DNA of 50,672 nt from Kofleriaceae bacterium. Its GTDB lineage: Bacteria; Myxococcota_A; Polyangia; Haliangiales; Haliangiaceae. The notes under the pieces were generated by a model. The model was given only the letters and a program-made list of their open reading frames with translations. It made no database searches and was not told the DNA's origin. A program made the position numbers and the translations under genes. Where the stretch lies: positions 1 to 50,672 of the forward strand of contig CBDCCZ010000041.1 in the NCBI GenBank assembly GCA_965215005.1, read 5' to 3'. The first letter of the stretch is position 1. Each line of letters opens with the position of its first letter. Positions 28,610-39,018 of this stretch are shown in pieces.

Positions 28610-30550
28610 ATCGACAGGCGATGCCGCAGCGTCGTCGCACAGCAGCAGGCGCACCTGGTGCGGCGCGAGCTCGACCACGACGACCTCGCCGGTGGCCTGC
28701 AGCGCCGGGCCGAAGGGATCCCGAACGGCTGTGGCCGCGCGTAGCTCGGCGCGCACCGCGGTGTTGCTGCGATTGCCGACGAACACTACCCGTGGTTGAC
28801 CAGCTTGAGTCTCGAAGACCGAGACCTCCACGGCTTCGGCGGGCTGGGCGGTCCAGTCGTGCCCTACGGACCCGGCCACGGCCAACAGATCGTCGGCGAG
28901 ACCGTCTAGATCTTCGAGCGAGCCAGCGCGAAGCAAACCGGCGCGCGCGGGCAGCGCGGCATCGTCGCCCAGCGGCTGATCGAATGCATCGCGCGTCGGC
29001 CGCCCGGGGCCCAGCACCACCACCACGCCACGCTCGGGCAGCTGCCGCAGGCGGGCAAGCAACGCGCGATCGATGCGGCTAACGGTAGGCGCAACGACCG
29101 CCCGATAGCCGGCGAGAACCTCGAGGTCGACCTCTTCGTCGACCAGCTGATACGGCACCTGAGCGAGCTCGAGCGCACGCTCGAGCCCATGGGCCCAGCG
29201 CCGCTGGGTGCGTGCATCGACGTCGCGGCTCAGCGCAGCGGCGCCTGCGGAACCGAAGTCGAGCAGCTCGCCAACGACGGGGCTGAGCGGGTCGGCCAGC
29301 GAGCTGGCGATGGCTACGCGAGCGTCGGCGCGCATTACGAGCAGAGCAATCGGAGTGCGGCGGCGCAGCTGGGTCCACTGGACGCGGTCGAGCAGCGTCA
29401 GGAGTGCCTCGAGCCAAGCGGCGCTCGGGCGCCGGCTGCCATCGGCCGCGATCGGGGCTCCGTACCAGCGGTCGCGATCGACGGTCATGTAGAAGTTGAG
29501 GCCGCGCACGCCGGTGGCGAGAAGCCCCAAGATGACGTTCTGTTGGTCCTCCTCGGTCATCGGTAGCAGCCAAAATGGCCCGCCGAGCCCGACCTCAGGT
29601 GCAAACGGCAGCGGCGTGGCGCTGCCGGTGAGGTACAGCCCGCGTCGCCGTACCGCGGCGTAGTCGCGACCGCGATGGTAGAAATCCATGCCGGCCACGC
29701 CCCCAACCGCGCGCGCGGTGCCGGGAAGATTCACCAGCGTTGGCTCAGCGGGCGGCACATTGTGAAACCGCGCGACGCCGGTGAGCCCAACGTCGTCCAA
29801 GGCCTCGCTCATCCACCGCAGCGAGCGCTGCACGTAGTGCTCTTTGAACTGCACCCAGCGCAAGCACCTCTCGGCATCGGCTGGATCCCACGCCCGCGGT
29901 GGCTCGAGGTCGCCCGCGAGCTCTCGCCACCACACCAGCGCATCGGGATGGTAGTCGTGATCGAAGGCCCCGAGGCGAAAGAACAGCTGCGCTTCATTGT
30001 CGACTTGCAGCGCCACCACGGGTCCGCTCGGCCAAAGCCGAGGCCGCACTACCTCCGCAACGGCTGCGTACCAGCGCTGAGTCGCCTGCACGAACGGCGC
30101 GGCCGCTTGCGAAGGCACCGGAAACATCCGCGGCGGCGCTGGCAGCCACACCGGCGTCCCCGCGCTACTGCGGGCCTGAATGTTCGAATCCGCGATAATA
30201 CGCTCTGGATAGCCGAAAAAGGTCAGCTCGGCGTTGATGTGCGGGCCGGGCCGGACAATCGCCACCATATCGAGCTCAGCAGCGAGATCGAGAAAGGCGC
30301 CCAAATCGGATTCGTCGCTCCAGTCGTAGCGGCCTTCGTCGAGCTCGTGCTCGCCCCACGGTACATACGTTTCGACGATCGCCAGCCCGAGCTCGCGCAT
30401 GCTCATCAGGCACTGCCGCCACGTCGAGCGTTCGTGCCGCCAGTAGTGCATCGCACCACTGAACAGATCGAGCTCGCGCGGCGCGTCGTCGGCGCGGCCG
30501 TGTAGCGTCAGTCCGCGGTGGCTAAAGGCGGTGCGGATACGTTGTGCCAC
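28604..30550 (-). CDS. Beta-galactosidase-like glycoside hydrolase (GH35-type)
   Basis: SGAMHYWR, ETYVPW..HE, RPGPHINAE, GPVVALQVDNE, PFAPE; start uncertain. Confidence 0.85.
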   Translation of the reverse strand: MAQRIRTAFSHRGLTLHGRADDAPRELDLFSGAMHYWRHERSTWRQCLMSMRELGLAIVETYVPWGEHELDEGRYDWSDESDLGAFLDLAAELDMVAIVRPGPHINAELTFFGYPERIIADSNIQARSSAGTPVWLPAPPRMFPVPSQAAAPFVQATQRWYAAVAEVVRPRLWPSGPVVALQVDNEAQLFFRLGAFDHDYHPDALVWWRELAGDLEPPRAWDPADAERCLRWVQFKEHYVQRSLRWMSEALDDVGLTGVARFHNVPPAEPTLVNLPGTARAVGGVAGMDFYHRGRDYAAVRRRGLYLTGSATPLPFAPEVGLGGPFWLLPMTEEDQQNVILGLLATGVRGLNFYMTVDRDRWYGAPIAADGSRRPSAAWLEALLTLLDRVQWTQLRRRTPIALLVMRADARVAIASSLADPLSPVVGELLDFGSAGAAALSRDVDARTQRRWAHGLERALELAQVPYQLVDEEVDLEVLAGYRAVVAPTVSRIDRALLARLRQLPERGVVVVLGPGRPTRDAFDQPLGDDAALPARAGLLRAGSLEDLDGLADDLLAVAGSVGHDWTAQPAEAVEVSVFETQAGQPRVVFVGNRSNTAVRAELRAATAVRDPFGPALQATGEVVVVELAPHQVRLLLCDDAAASPVDT

Positions 30551-31326
30551 GTTTGATCCTTGAAAATGAACCGACTTGGGCCAGTGGCGAGTGGGTGGTC
30601 GCACGGCATCGGGTGCGAATCTCCGGTGCCGTGGCTGTCATACTCGGGATCCCACGGCAGCAGCAGCGCAAAGCCGCCGTCGTCGAGCGGCCGCATCCGC
30701 GGCAAGATCGCATGGGGCGCCGCGGCGCGCTCGGCGCACAGCGCCAACACCTCGGGCCAGCCTCGTTTCGCGGCCGGGGCCAGCTCACGCAAAATCCGCA
30801 CCTGCGGCGGCGGCAGCCGAAGCTCGGTGGCGGCGGCAAGAGCTTCCGCCGGACGAATCCACAGCTCTTCGACGGTCTCGCGATTGTCAAACGACGGCGT
30901 TTGTCCCGCTGGTAGCTCGGCGACGTAGAACCGCGCCGAGAAGCGCTTCCGCTCCACGCTCGGCGTGATCCAGTGGGCGAAGTAGTGCAGTTGGTCGAGT
31001 GCGAGGCGGCGCTTGTGTTGCTCGAGCAGATTGCTCCACGCTTGGCCTTCGTGGAGCTGGCGACGCAAGCCCGCGAGAACCTCAGGGGCGAGGTCTCCCG
31101 GTGTGGCGAGCAAAACTCCCGCTTCTTCGAACAGCTCACGGGCCGCGGTGATGCGAAGGTCGTCTTCGCCGGGATCGACTGCTCCGCCCGGGAACACGAA
31201 GGCGCTCGACATGAACGAGGCGTGGCGATGACGGCGCAGGAGGAACACCTCGAGCTCACCAAGGTCGCCGGGGCGCAAGAGGATCACCGCAGCCGCGTCT
31301 CGAATGGCCTGCTCGACCCCTGTCAT
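30508..31326 (-). CDS. NUDIX hydrolase
   Basis: VFPGG....E......ARELFEEAG; HWITP...KRFSARFY. Confidence 0.9.
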   Translation of the reverse strand: MTGVEQAIRDAAAVILLRPGDLGELEVFLLRRHRHASFMSSAFVFPGGAVDPGEDDLRITAARELFEEAGVLLATPGDLAPEVLAGLRRQLHEGQAWSNLLEQHKRRLALDQLHYFAHWITPSVERKRFSARFYVAELPAGQTPSFDNRETVEELWIRPAEALAAATELRLPPPQVRILRELAPAAKRGWPEVLALCAERAAAPHAILPRMRPLDDGGFALLLPWDPEYDSHGTGDSHPMPCDHPLATGPSRFIFKDQTWHNVSAPPLATAD

Positions 31327-31555
31327 GCCGCGACGCTACCACAGCGGTGCTGCGCACTCGGCGGCTCGAGGGTTCCTGGTCCGCGCTCTAGCAAAGCAAC
31401 AAGCGCTTGGGGAGACTCGCTTCACCCATACCGCGGCGTCGCGCTGACCGATGCTAGCGGCGAGCTTTACCGCCGCGTCGGCATGGCCTACGCTGGTTTG
31501 GCTGCTGCGAAGGGTGGGCCGCGGCAGCGCGCGTTCGCGCAACGCCCCGCGAGGC

Positions 31556-32629
31556 ATGATGGATATACCCTTAGTCGATGTTCGCGCCGAGCTCGAGAGC
31601 TTGCGCGCCGAGATAGACGCAGCCATCGCCACGGTGCTCGACACGGCGTGCTTTATCGGTGGTCCGGCGCTCGAAGCCTTCGAGCGCGAGCTAGCTCCGG
31701 TCGGCGGCGCTGCGTTTGCAATCGGCGTCTCTTCTGGCACTGATGCGTTGCTGGTGGCGCTCATGGCTCTCGGAGTGGGACCCGGCGATGAGGTCGTCAC
31801 CACGCCATTCTCATTTTTTGCCACCGCTGGAGTGGTCTCTCGCCTCGGAGCCCGGCCGGTCTTTGCCGATATCGAGCCCGAGACCTTCGCACTCGATCCC
31901 GCGCTCGCCGCGGCTGCCTGCACCACTCGCACGGCTGCAATCATCACGGTTCACCTGTACGGCCGCCCCGCGCCGATCCCCTCTGTGGCAGAGGTGCCGG
32001 TCTTAGAAGACGCGGCGCAGAGCCTCGGCGCCGCGCCGGTGCGGGGCATCGCCAGTGCGACGAGTTTCTTTCCGACCAAAAACCTCGGCGCCTTAGGTGA
32101 TGCAGGCGCTGTGCTCACCAGCGATGCCGCCATGGCCGAGCGGGTGCGGCTGCTGCGGACGCATGGCGCGCGCCCCAAGTATTTTCACTCGGTCATCGGC
32201 GGAAACTTCCGGCTCGACGCGCTTCAAGCCGCGGTTCTGCGGGTCAAGCTTCCCCATCTCGCCGCGTGGAACCGGGCGCGGCGGGCCAACGCCGCGCGCT
32301 ATCGGCAGCTGTTCGAGCAGGCGCGAGTGCCAGCAGAGCTGCGACTGCCCAGCGACGTCCCCGAGCACCTTTACAATCAGTTCGTGATCCGCGCTCCCCG
32401 GCGCGACGCGCTGCGCGCGCACTTAGCCGCCTCCGGTGTGGCCACGGAGGTCTACTACCCCCAGCCGTTTCACCTGCAGGAGTGCTATCGCGAGCTCGGC
32501 TATCGCGTCGGTGCCTTTCCGCATGCCGAGCGCGCCGCGGCTGAAGTTCTGGCCCTGCCGATCTACCCTCGGCTCGACGAGGCGCAGCAGACGTATGTGG
32601 TGAAGGAGATCGAGCGCTTCTACCGTTGA
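31556..32629 (+). CDS. DegT/DnrJ/EryC1/StrS sugar aminotransferase (WbpE-like)
   Basis: SSGTDAL, VHLYG, EDAAQS, SFFPTKNLG..GDAG, NFRLDALQAA. Confidence 0.93.
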   Translation: MMDIPLVDVRAELESLRAEIDAAIATVLDTACFIGGPALEAFERELAPVGGAAFAIGVSSGTDALLVALMALGVGPGDEVVTTPFSFFATAGVVSRLGARPVFADIEPETFALDPALAAAACTTRTAAIITVHLYGRPAPIPSVAEVPVLEDAAQSLGAAPVRGIASATSFFPTKNLGALGDAGAVLTSDAAMAERVRLLRTHGARPKYFHSVIGGNFRLDALQAAVLRVKLPHLAAWNRARRANAARYRQLFEQARVPAELRLPSDVPEHLYNQFVIRAPRRDALRAHLAASGVATEVYYPQPFHLQECYRELGYRVGAFPHAERAAAEVLALPIYPRLDEAQQTYVVKEIERFYR

Positions 32630-32636
32630 GGCGAAA

Positions 32637-32668
32637 GTGCCCTCCCCCGCACCACCAGGGGAGGGCGT
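32637..32668 (+). terminator. GC-rich hairpin after the aminotransferase (terminator or REP-like)
   Basis: GTGCCCTCCCC-N10-GGGGAGGGCGT; no U-tract. Confidence 0.5.
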
Positions 32669-32866
32669 GACTAGCTCCATGCTACCGGACTAGTCGAAGT
32701 GGTGCGTGCACGTCGTGGCGACGAGCCGCGGGTGGCCGCGGGTCGGGTCGGTGTCGCCGGTTGACCATGCGAGTTGTGATTCGACCGCGGGAAACGCGCC
32801 TTTACCCCCCGGTGACGCAATCCTGCAGCGACAATGACGACCCACCGGGCGGCAGCAGCGGGTACC

Positions 32867-33862
32867 ATGGAGCTGCTGCCGTCGTTGATCATGGATACCG
32901 CCCCGCCTACGCCCCTACGCAAGCCGCTTACCTTGGATGAGGAAGTCAACCTGCGTGCGCTGGTGGCAATGTTGAGCACCACCCGTGAGGCACCCACCGC
33001 ACTGCCAGGATGGGTTCCCGAAGGCGCCATCCGCCGCCATCAACTGGGCCCGCTGGTGTACACGCGCGGAGCGCCGCAGTTTCGCAAAGACTACGTCAAC
33101 GCCACCCTGCGAGGGGATCTAGCGCTGGCGCTGCTCGAGGAAGCCGATGCGGCACTCAGCGCCGCCAGTGCGCGCGCCATCGCCACCGGAGCGCTGGCGT
33201 ACGGCCAGCGGTTGTACGCCGATCCGGCGCAGCGGCCGTGCGAGGCCATCGAGCTGCTGGTGCACCCGGCCGACCGGCGCCGGGCCATCGATGCGCTGCT
33301 CGCCATTGGCTACTGGCGGGGCCGGGATGGCGCTGGCGCTGAATGCGTCCTGCAGCGCGAGAGCGCCGTGGTGCGGCTCGCCACGAGATTGGTCGGCGGG
33401 TGGCAGCGATGGCTCACTGCGGCGGTATGGCAGCGCGTTCGCGTCGCCGGCACCCGATTGGTGCTCGAGCCCACCGACGAAGCGCTGCTGGCGTTGCTCG
33501 GACTCGCGCAGCGTGCCTTCGTGGTCCCACTTATCTACTATGTAGACGTCGCGCGGCTGCTCGAGCAGGATGGCGTCGATCACGCCGCGTTGACTGAGCG
33601 GGCGCGAGAGCTTGGGGTGAGTCGCCCGGCCGCCCTGGCGCAGCGGATGCTGCATGGCGTCATCGGACGGAGTACGGGGCCGCTTCCTCGGCAGCTGGGG
33701 CTCTCGGTTTCCGACCTCCTCAATCTGCACTCGGGCTGGTTGCCGCCGCGGCTGGTCCGGATGGTGGCGCTAGCCGGAGGCGTTCGCGACGCGGCGCCCG
33801 CGTGGCGGACTGCGCGCCAGAGCGTGCGCTCAGCGACACATTCCCCTACGCCTGTGCAATAA
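32867..33862 (+). CDS. Nucleotidyltransferase-family (NTP_transf_5-like) protein with degenerate active site
   Basis: G.LAY...LYADPAQRPCEAIELLV pattern, late YVDVARLL; start uncertain (32834/32867/32891). Confidence 0.68.
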   Translation: MELLPSLIMDTAPPTPLRKPLTLDEEVNLRALVAMLSTTREAPTALPGWVPEGAIRRHQLGPLVYTRGAPQFRKDYVNATLRGDLALALLEEADAALSAASARAIATGALAYGQRLYADPAQRPCEAIELLVHPADRRRAIDALLAIGYWRGRDGAGAECVLQRESAVVRLATRLVGGWQRWLTAAVWQRVRVAGTRLVLEPTDEALLALLGLAQRAFVVPLIYYVDVARLLEQDGVDHAALTERARELGVSRPAALAQRMLHGVIGRSTGPLPRQLGLSVSDLLNLHSGWLPPRLVRMVALAGGVRDAAPAWRTARQSVRSATHSPTPVQ

Positions 33863-33998
33863 CTGCCCGCGCCGCTGGCAACCCCGTTCCATCCGCGGAA
33901 CAATAGGCGCGGTGGCAGGTTCTTGCGCGATCGGCCGGCAACGCATGAACGGATTGGCCGACAAACACCACAGACCCTATGCAGCGAGATTCCTCGAA

Positions 33999-34028
33999 TT
34001 GACACCGGGCCGGTGGCGCCGATACCCT
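33999..34028 (+). promoter_or_regulatory. Sigma70-type promoter
   Basis: TTGACA-18 bp-TACCCT upstream of ATG 34062. Confidence 0.5.
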
Positions 34029-34061
34029 CGAAACCGCTCGCCTTGATGGGACTTTGACGCA

Positions 34062-34640
34062 ATGCGCAGACTACGTACCTATATCGCCGCCGCGGCGGTC
34101 GCTGGCAGCTTAGCCGTTGGCGGCTACCTGCAGGCGCAACCGCAAGAAGACGCCGAGGCCGAGGAAGTCACGCTGCCCATGGAGCGCGAGGCTGAGCTGA
34201 GCCCGCAGGAGATGTCGGAGCGTTCAGACACGTTGATAGCCGAAATGCAGACCAGGCTGCGCCGGGTCGTAGAGCTCCAGCAGATCGCCCGCAAGCAGAA
34301 GGACGTCATCAAGCTCAACTGCGTCAATGATAAGTTGCTGCAGGTTAAACAGCTTCTCAACATCGCGGAATCGTCTCGTAATAACCTCATCGAGGCCATT
34401 GCGGGTCAAGACGAAGGCGAGCGGTATCATCAGTATTCGCAGATCACCATCTCGTACGAGAAGGTGAACGTCCTCCGCGATGAGGCCGAAGGCTGCATCG
34501 GCGAGGAGCTGATTTTTCTCGGTCCTACCGACGTGGACGTTGCCGGGCCTGACATCATCGATGATCCCACGCAGACCGATCCGTTTGACGTGGGCGACCC
34601 GGGCATGGAACGTCCTGGCTACGCCAGCCCCTACCTCTGA
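34062..34640 (+). CDS. Secreted helical/coiled-coil protein with two Cys
   Basis: Sec signal peptide; KLNCVNDK and AEGCIGEE; acidic Pro-rich tail. Confidence 0.82.
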   Translation: MRRLRTYIAAAAVAGSLAVGGYLQAQPQEDAEAEEVTLPMEREAELSPQEMSERSDTLIAEMQTRLRRVVELQQIARKQKDVIKLNCVNDKLLQVKQLLNIAESSRNNLIEAIAGQDEGERYHQYSQITISYEKVNVLRDEAEGCIGEELIFLGPTDVDVAGPDIIDDPTQTDPFDVGDPGMERPGYASPYL

Positions 34641-34661
34641 TACGTCAACGAGCTAATCCTT

Positions 34662-35936
34662 ATGAAGATTCGCCTGGCTATTGCCGCGCTGGCGCTGCTA
34701 GCGCCGGTCGGACTCGCGCACGCCCAAGAAGAAGGTGTCGTCACGAGTGCCGGCTATCAGGTCAGCGAGACGACGGTACTGCACCCCGACGTCTCGCTGG
34801 AATCTGGTTATATTTCCAACGTTTTCCGCGAGGAGGACAATCCCAACGCCTCGGGCATCGCGCGACTGATCGCGCGCATCGCGATTGCCACCAATCCGCC
34901 GGAGCGGCTTTCGTTCGGCGGCACGCCGGGGCGAGAGGCCGCACCCCAGACGATTCAGTTCCGTCTTGGCGCTGCTGCTATGTTCGAGCAGTACCTCAGC
35001 GGCGACGAAAGGGTTCGCGATCAAAGTAATCTCGCGGCCGACGTCAACGCCCGACTGGTAGCTTTTCCGCAAGGTCGGTTGTCGTTCGTGGTCGAGGAGA
35101 TGTTTCAGCGCTCTACGCAGCCGCGTAACTTCGAGTCCGACGGCTCTCTGAGCCGCGACATCAACCGCTTTCTACTAGGCATCAACGGGCGGCCCGGCGG
35201 CGGCGCGCTGCTCTTTGGTCTGCAGTACATCAACCTCGTCGACTACTTCGAGTCCGAGCAATCGGACTTTGCCAATCGCATTCAGCACACGTTTGCGGCG
35301 CGCTCGGAGTGGCAAGTCTGGCCGGTAACCCAGCTTTCGCTCGAAGCTTCCATCGGAATCTTCGATCAGCTCGGCTCGAGCGACGGGATGATCACCAAGG
35401 TTGCCTCGAATCCGCTGCGGGTGAAGCTCGGAGCCGCGTCCCTGTTGACCGAACGCACGACGCTGCGCAGCTTCATCGGCTACGCCAAGGGCTTCTATGA
35501 GAGCGGCCCGGATTATTCGAGCCCGATTGGCGGCGTGGAGGCAGGCTTTCGCTACGCGCCCGCGGGTCGCGTCACGCTTGGCTATTCCTTCGACTTCCAC
35601 GATTCGATCAACGCCAACTTCTTTAGCGATCACGCCATCGTTTTCGGCGTTCATCAGCAGATTCGCCGGGTCCTCGTCGACGCCACGGCCGACCTCCGCT
35701 TCCGCAAGTACGATGGCGTTCCGATGTTCATCGACGAACGCACCGAGCGAAACGATACGATCTTCTCCACGCTGCTCCGCGGCCGATACGTGCTGCGCGA
35801 TTGGCTGCTCTTCAGCGGTACCTTCCAGTACATCGTCGACGACACCAATTTCACCTACACCGTTGGCGACAGTGAGCCGGACGACCCGAGTTTCGAGCGG
35901 TTCGAGGTAACGGCGGGTCTCACGGCGGCGTTTTAA
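34662..35936 (+). CDS. Outer-membrane beta-barrel, likely polysaccharide-export porin type
   Basis: Signal peptide (AHA), GY.SNVF, alternating amphipathic strands, terminal Phe; glycan-locus context. Confidence 0.8.
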   Translation: MKIRLAIAALALLAPVGLAHAQEEGVVTSAGYQVSETTVLHPDVSLESGYISNVFREEDNPNASGIARLIARIAIATNPPERLSFGGTPGREAAPQTIQFRLGAAAMFEQYLSGDERVRDQSNLAADVNARLVAFPQGRLSFVVEEMFQRSTQPRNFESDGSLSRDINRFLLGINGRPGGGALLFGLQYINLVDYFESEQSDFANRIQHTFAARSEWQVWPVTQLSLEASIGIFDQLGSSDGMITKVASNPLRVKLGAASLLTERTTLRSFIGYAKGFYESGPDYSSPIGGVEAGFRYAPAGRVTLGYSFDFHDSINANFFSDHAIVFGVHQQIRRVLVDATADLRFRKYDGVPMFIDERTERNDTIFSTLLRGRYVLRDWLLFSGTFQYIVDDTNFTYTVGDSEPDDPSFERFEVTAGLTAAF

Positions 35937-35943
35937 CGCTCCG

Positions 35944-36966
35944 TTGCGCGTCGGGGGAACACGGGTTGGCGTCGTAGGCGTCGGCTATTGGGGCATCAAT
36001 CACGTCCGCACGTTTGCGCAGTTGCCGCAAGCGGTGGTGACCCACGTGTGCGACGAGAACTCGTCTGCTCGGCAGCGGGCCCTGGCGTTTGCGCCAGCGG
36101 CGCGCGCGACGGGTGAGTTCGAAGAGGTGCTCGCCGACCACGAGGTGGATGCTGTGGTCTTGGCGACGCCAGCTGCCACCCATGCCGAGCTCGCCATCGC
36201 GGCTTTGGAGGCGGGCAAGCACGTCCTCGTGGAGAAGCCACTTGCGCTGCGCTTGGCCGATGCCGTCCGCGTCAGCAACGCGGCGCGCGCCAGCGGACTG
36301 GTGGCGATGGTCGGGCATCTGATGGTCTATCACCCCGCGGTGCAGCGGCTCAAAGAGCTGCTCGCCACCGGTGAGCTCGGCGACCTGTACTATCTGTATG
36401 CCTCTCGCGTGAACCTTGGCCGACTGCGCCGCGATGAGAATGCGCTGTGGAGCTTTGCGCCCCACGACCTTTCCATGATCGACTTTTTGCTTGCGGAGTG
36501 GCCAGCCTCGGTCGTGGCAGTAGGTCAGAGCTATCTGCAGCCCGGAATTGAAGATGTGGTCTTCTTGACCGTTCGGTTCCCCAGCGGTGCGCTGGCGAAC
36601 ATTCACCTTTCATGGCTCGATCCGCACAAGGAGCGACGACTCACGCTCGTGGGGTCGCGCAAGATGGCCGTGTTCGATGACGTCGCGAGCGAGAAGCTGC
36701 GCATCTACGACAAAGGCTATGACCGGCCGCCCGCGTTCACGCAGTTTGGCGAGTATCTGGCCATTCGCCACGGAGACATTCACATTCCGCACCTCACGAT
36801 GCGCGAGCCGCTCGCAGTGCAGTGCGGCCACTTCATCGAGTGCATCGGCAGCGGCTCAACCCCGATGACGAGCTTGAGCGATGCCGTCTCCATGATCGCG
36901 GTGCTCGAGGCCGCTCAACAGTCGCTCGAGACCGGCGGCAGCGTCGTTTCCGTAGCGCGCGTCTAA
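35944..36966 (+). CDS. Gfo/Idh/MocA oxidoreductase (sugar-nucleotide 3-dehydrogenase-like)
   Basis: GVGYWG, ATPAATH, HVLVEKP, VGH...YHPA, APHD, SWLDP.K.R. Confidence 0.9.
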   Translation: MRVGGTRVGVVGVGYWGINHVRTFAQLPQAVVTHVCDENSSARQRALAFAPAARATGEFEEVLADHEVDAVVLATPAATHAELAIAALEAGKHVLVEKPLALRLADAVRVSNAARASGLVAMVGHLMVYHPAVQRLKELLATGELGDLYYLYASRVNLGRLRRDENALWSFAPHDLSMIDFLLAEWPASVVAVGQSYLQPGIEDVVFLTVRFPSGALANIHLSWLDPHKERRLTLVGSRKMAVFDDVASEKLRIYDKGYDRPPAFTQFGEYLAIRHGDIHIPHLTMREPLAVQCGHFIECIGSGSTPMTSLSDAVSMIAVLEAAQQSLETGGSVVSVARV

Positions 36967-37058
36967 GCAGAATCGTCCGCGGCCGCGCGCCAAGTGCCCG
37001 CGGCTACTGCCGAGCGGGCGAGGCGGCGGGCGAGGGCGGCACTGCTGGGGTGTGGGCG

Positions 37059-38045
37059 CTATTTCTGCACGGTCGTTCGGCTGCGTTCGTAGTCGATGAC
37101 ATCGGCGAGGATTTCGCGCAGAGGTAGCCGCGGGCTCCATCCGATCATCTCGCCGATGCGGCCGATATCGGGGACCCGCCGGCGCATGTCTTCGAAACCT
37201 GGCGCGTAGGCCTGGTCGTAGGGCACCAGCTGGATTTCGGAGTTGCTGTTGGTCATCTGCTTGATCTGTTCGGCGAGCTCGAGGATCGATACCTCATCGA
37301 CGCCGCCGATGTTGACCACGTTGCCGACGGCCGCATCGCTGTCCGCGAGACCTCGCAGCGCGCGCACCACGTCGCGGACGTGGCAAAAGCAGCGTGACTG
37401 CTGACCATCGCCAAACACGCGGATGGGTTGACCGGTGAGGGCGCGACCGACAAATGCTGGGATCACCATGCCGTACGCGCCGGTTTGCCGCGGCCCGACC
37501 GTGTTGAACAGGCGAAAGCAGATCGCTTCGACGCCAAACTCGCGGCGATAGGCCAAGCTGAGGAACTCATCGACCATCTTGCTCGCGGCGTAACCCCAGC
37601 GATTTTTGCTGGTGGCCCCGAGGAGAACGTCGTCGTCTTCGCGGAACGGAATGCTGAGGCCCTTGCCGTAGACCTCCGAGGTGCTGGCCACCAGCAGCCT
37701 ACTGCTATAGCGCAGCGCAACCTGCAGCACGGCTTCGGTGCCCATGACGTTGGTCTCGATGGTTCGAACTGGGTGCTCGACCACGAGGTTGACGCCTACC
37801 GCTGCTGCCAGGTGGTAGATGATGTCGGCCTCCGAGGCCATCCGATCGAGCACCAGCTTGTTTGTGATGCTGGCGCGCGCAAAGTGAAAGTCCGGGTTGC
37901 GATTGAGGTGCGCGATGTTTTCGTATCGCCCGGTGGAGAGGTCATCGATGACCAGCACGCGGTGGCCGTCGGCCAGCAGACTGTCGGCCAAGTGAGAGCC
38001 GATGAAGCCCGCGCCGCCGGTGATCAAATAGGTTTGCTGTTGCAT
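37059..38045 (-). CDS. NAD-dependent epimerase/dehydratase
   Basis: TGGAGFIG, STSEVYG, YAASK, RLFNTVGPRQ. Confidence 0.92.
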   Translation of the reverse strand: MQQQTYLITGGAGFIGSHLADSLLADGHRVLVIDDLSTGRYENIAHLNRNPDFHFARASITNKLVLDRMASEADIIYHLAAAVGVNLVVEHPVRTIETNVMGTEAVLQVALRYSSRLLVASTSEVYGKGLSIPFREDDDVLLGATSKNRWGYAASKMVDEFLSLAYRREFGVEAICFRLFNTVGPRQTGAYGMVIPAFVGRALTGQPIRVFGDGQQSRCFCHVRDVVRALRGLADSDAAVGNVVNIGGVDEVSILELAEQIKQMTNSNSEIQLVPYDQAYAPGFEDMRRRVPDIGRIGEMIGWSPRLPLREILADVIDYERSRTTVQK

Positions 38046-38079
38046 CGTCTTCACTCCTGCCAGGCCATGATCGACGCGG

Positions 38080-39018
38080 TTAGCCCGCAGATGGCTGGTG
38101 TTCGAGATACCACCGGTAGGTCGCTTGCAAACCGTCGTGGAGGGAAATGGCCGGCTGCCAGCCAAGCGCCCGCAAGCGGCTAATGTCGAGCAGCTTGCGC
38201 GGCGTGCCATCGGGCTTACTGCGGTCGTAGACGAGCTCACCGCCATAGCCGACGACGTCGGCAATGAGGGCGGCGAGCTCGGAAATGGCGATGTCTTCGC
38301 CACAGCCGATGTTGATGAGCGGCTCGTGCTCGCGATGCTCGAGGAGGAACATGCACGCATCGACGAGGTCATCGGCCGCGAGAAACTCACGCCGCGGACT
38401 GCCGCTGCCCCAGATCGTCACTGACGGCGCGGCATCGCGCTTGGCCTCGTGAAACTTGCGAAGCAGCGCCGGAAGAACGTGTGAGCTCTGCAGGTCGAAG
38501 TTGTCGCCGGGGCCGTAGAGGTTGGTAGGCATCACGCAAATGGAGCGAAAGCCATACTGCTGGCGGTAGGCGTGACACATCTCAATGCCGGCGATCTTAG
38601 CAACGGCGTAGGCAGCGTTGGTCGGCTCGAGCGGGCCGGTGAGCAGGTGCTCCTCCTTCATCGGCTGCGGTGCATGCTTGGGGTAGATGCACGACGAGCC
38701 GAGGTAGAGGAGCTTTTCGCTGCCAGCGCGATACGCCGCATCGATGACGTTTAGCTCGATCTGCAGATTTTCGCGGATGAAGTCGGCCGGATAGGTGGAG
38801 TTGGCCAGAATGCCGCCGACTTTGGCTGCGGCCAAGATGACGTAGGCGGGCCGCTGAGCGGTGAAGAACTCGCCAACCGCCGCACCGTCGGTGAGATCGA
38901 GCTCTGCTCGAGTGCGGGTGATGACGTCGGTGAAGCCGTCGCGCGCGAGCCGTCGAGCGAACGCGCTGCCGACCAACCCGCGATGCCCCGCCAAAAAGAT
39001 GCGCGCGCTCTTATTCAT
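38080..39018 (-). CDS. fcl: GDP-L-fucose synthase
   Basis: [49 protein letters not shown]. Confidence 0.96.
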   Translation of the reverse strand: MNKSARIFLAGHRGLVGSAFARRLARDGFTDVITRTRAELDLTDGAAVGEFFTAQRPAYVILAAAKVGGILANSTYPADFIRENLQIELNVIDAAYRAGSEKLLYLGSSCIYPKHAPQPMKEEHLLTGPLEPTNAAYAVAKIAGIEMCHAYRQQYGFRSICVMPTNLYGPGDNFDLQSSHVLPALLRKFHEAKRDAAPSVTIWGSGSPRREFLAADDLVDACMFLLEHREHEPLINIGCGEDIAISELAALIADVVGYGGELVYDRSKPDGTPRKLLDISRLRALGWQPAISLHDGLQATYRWYLEHQPSAG

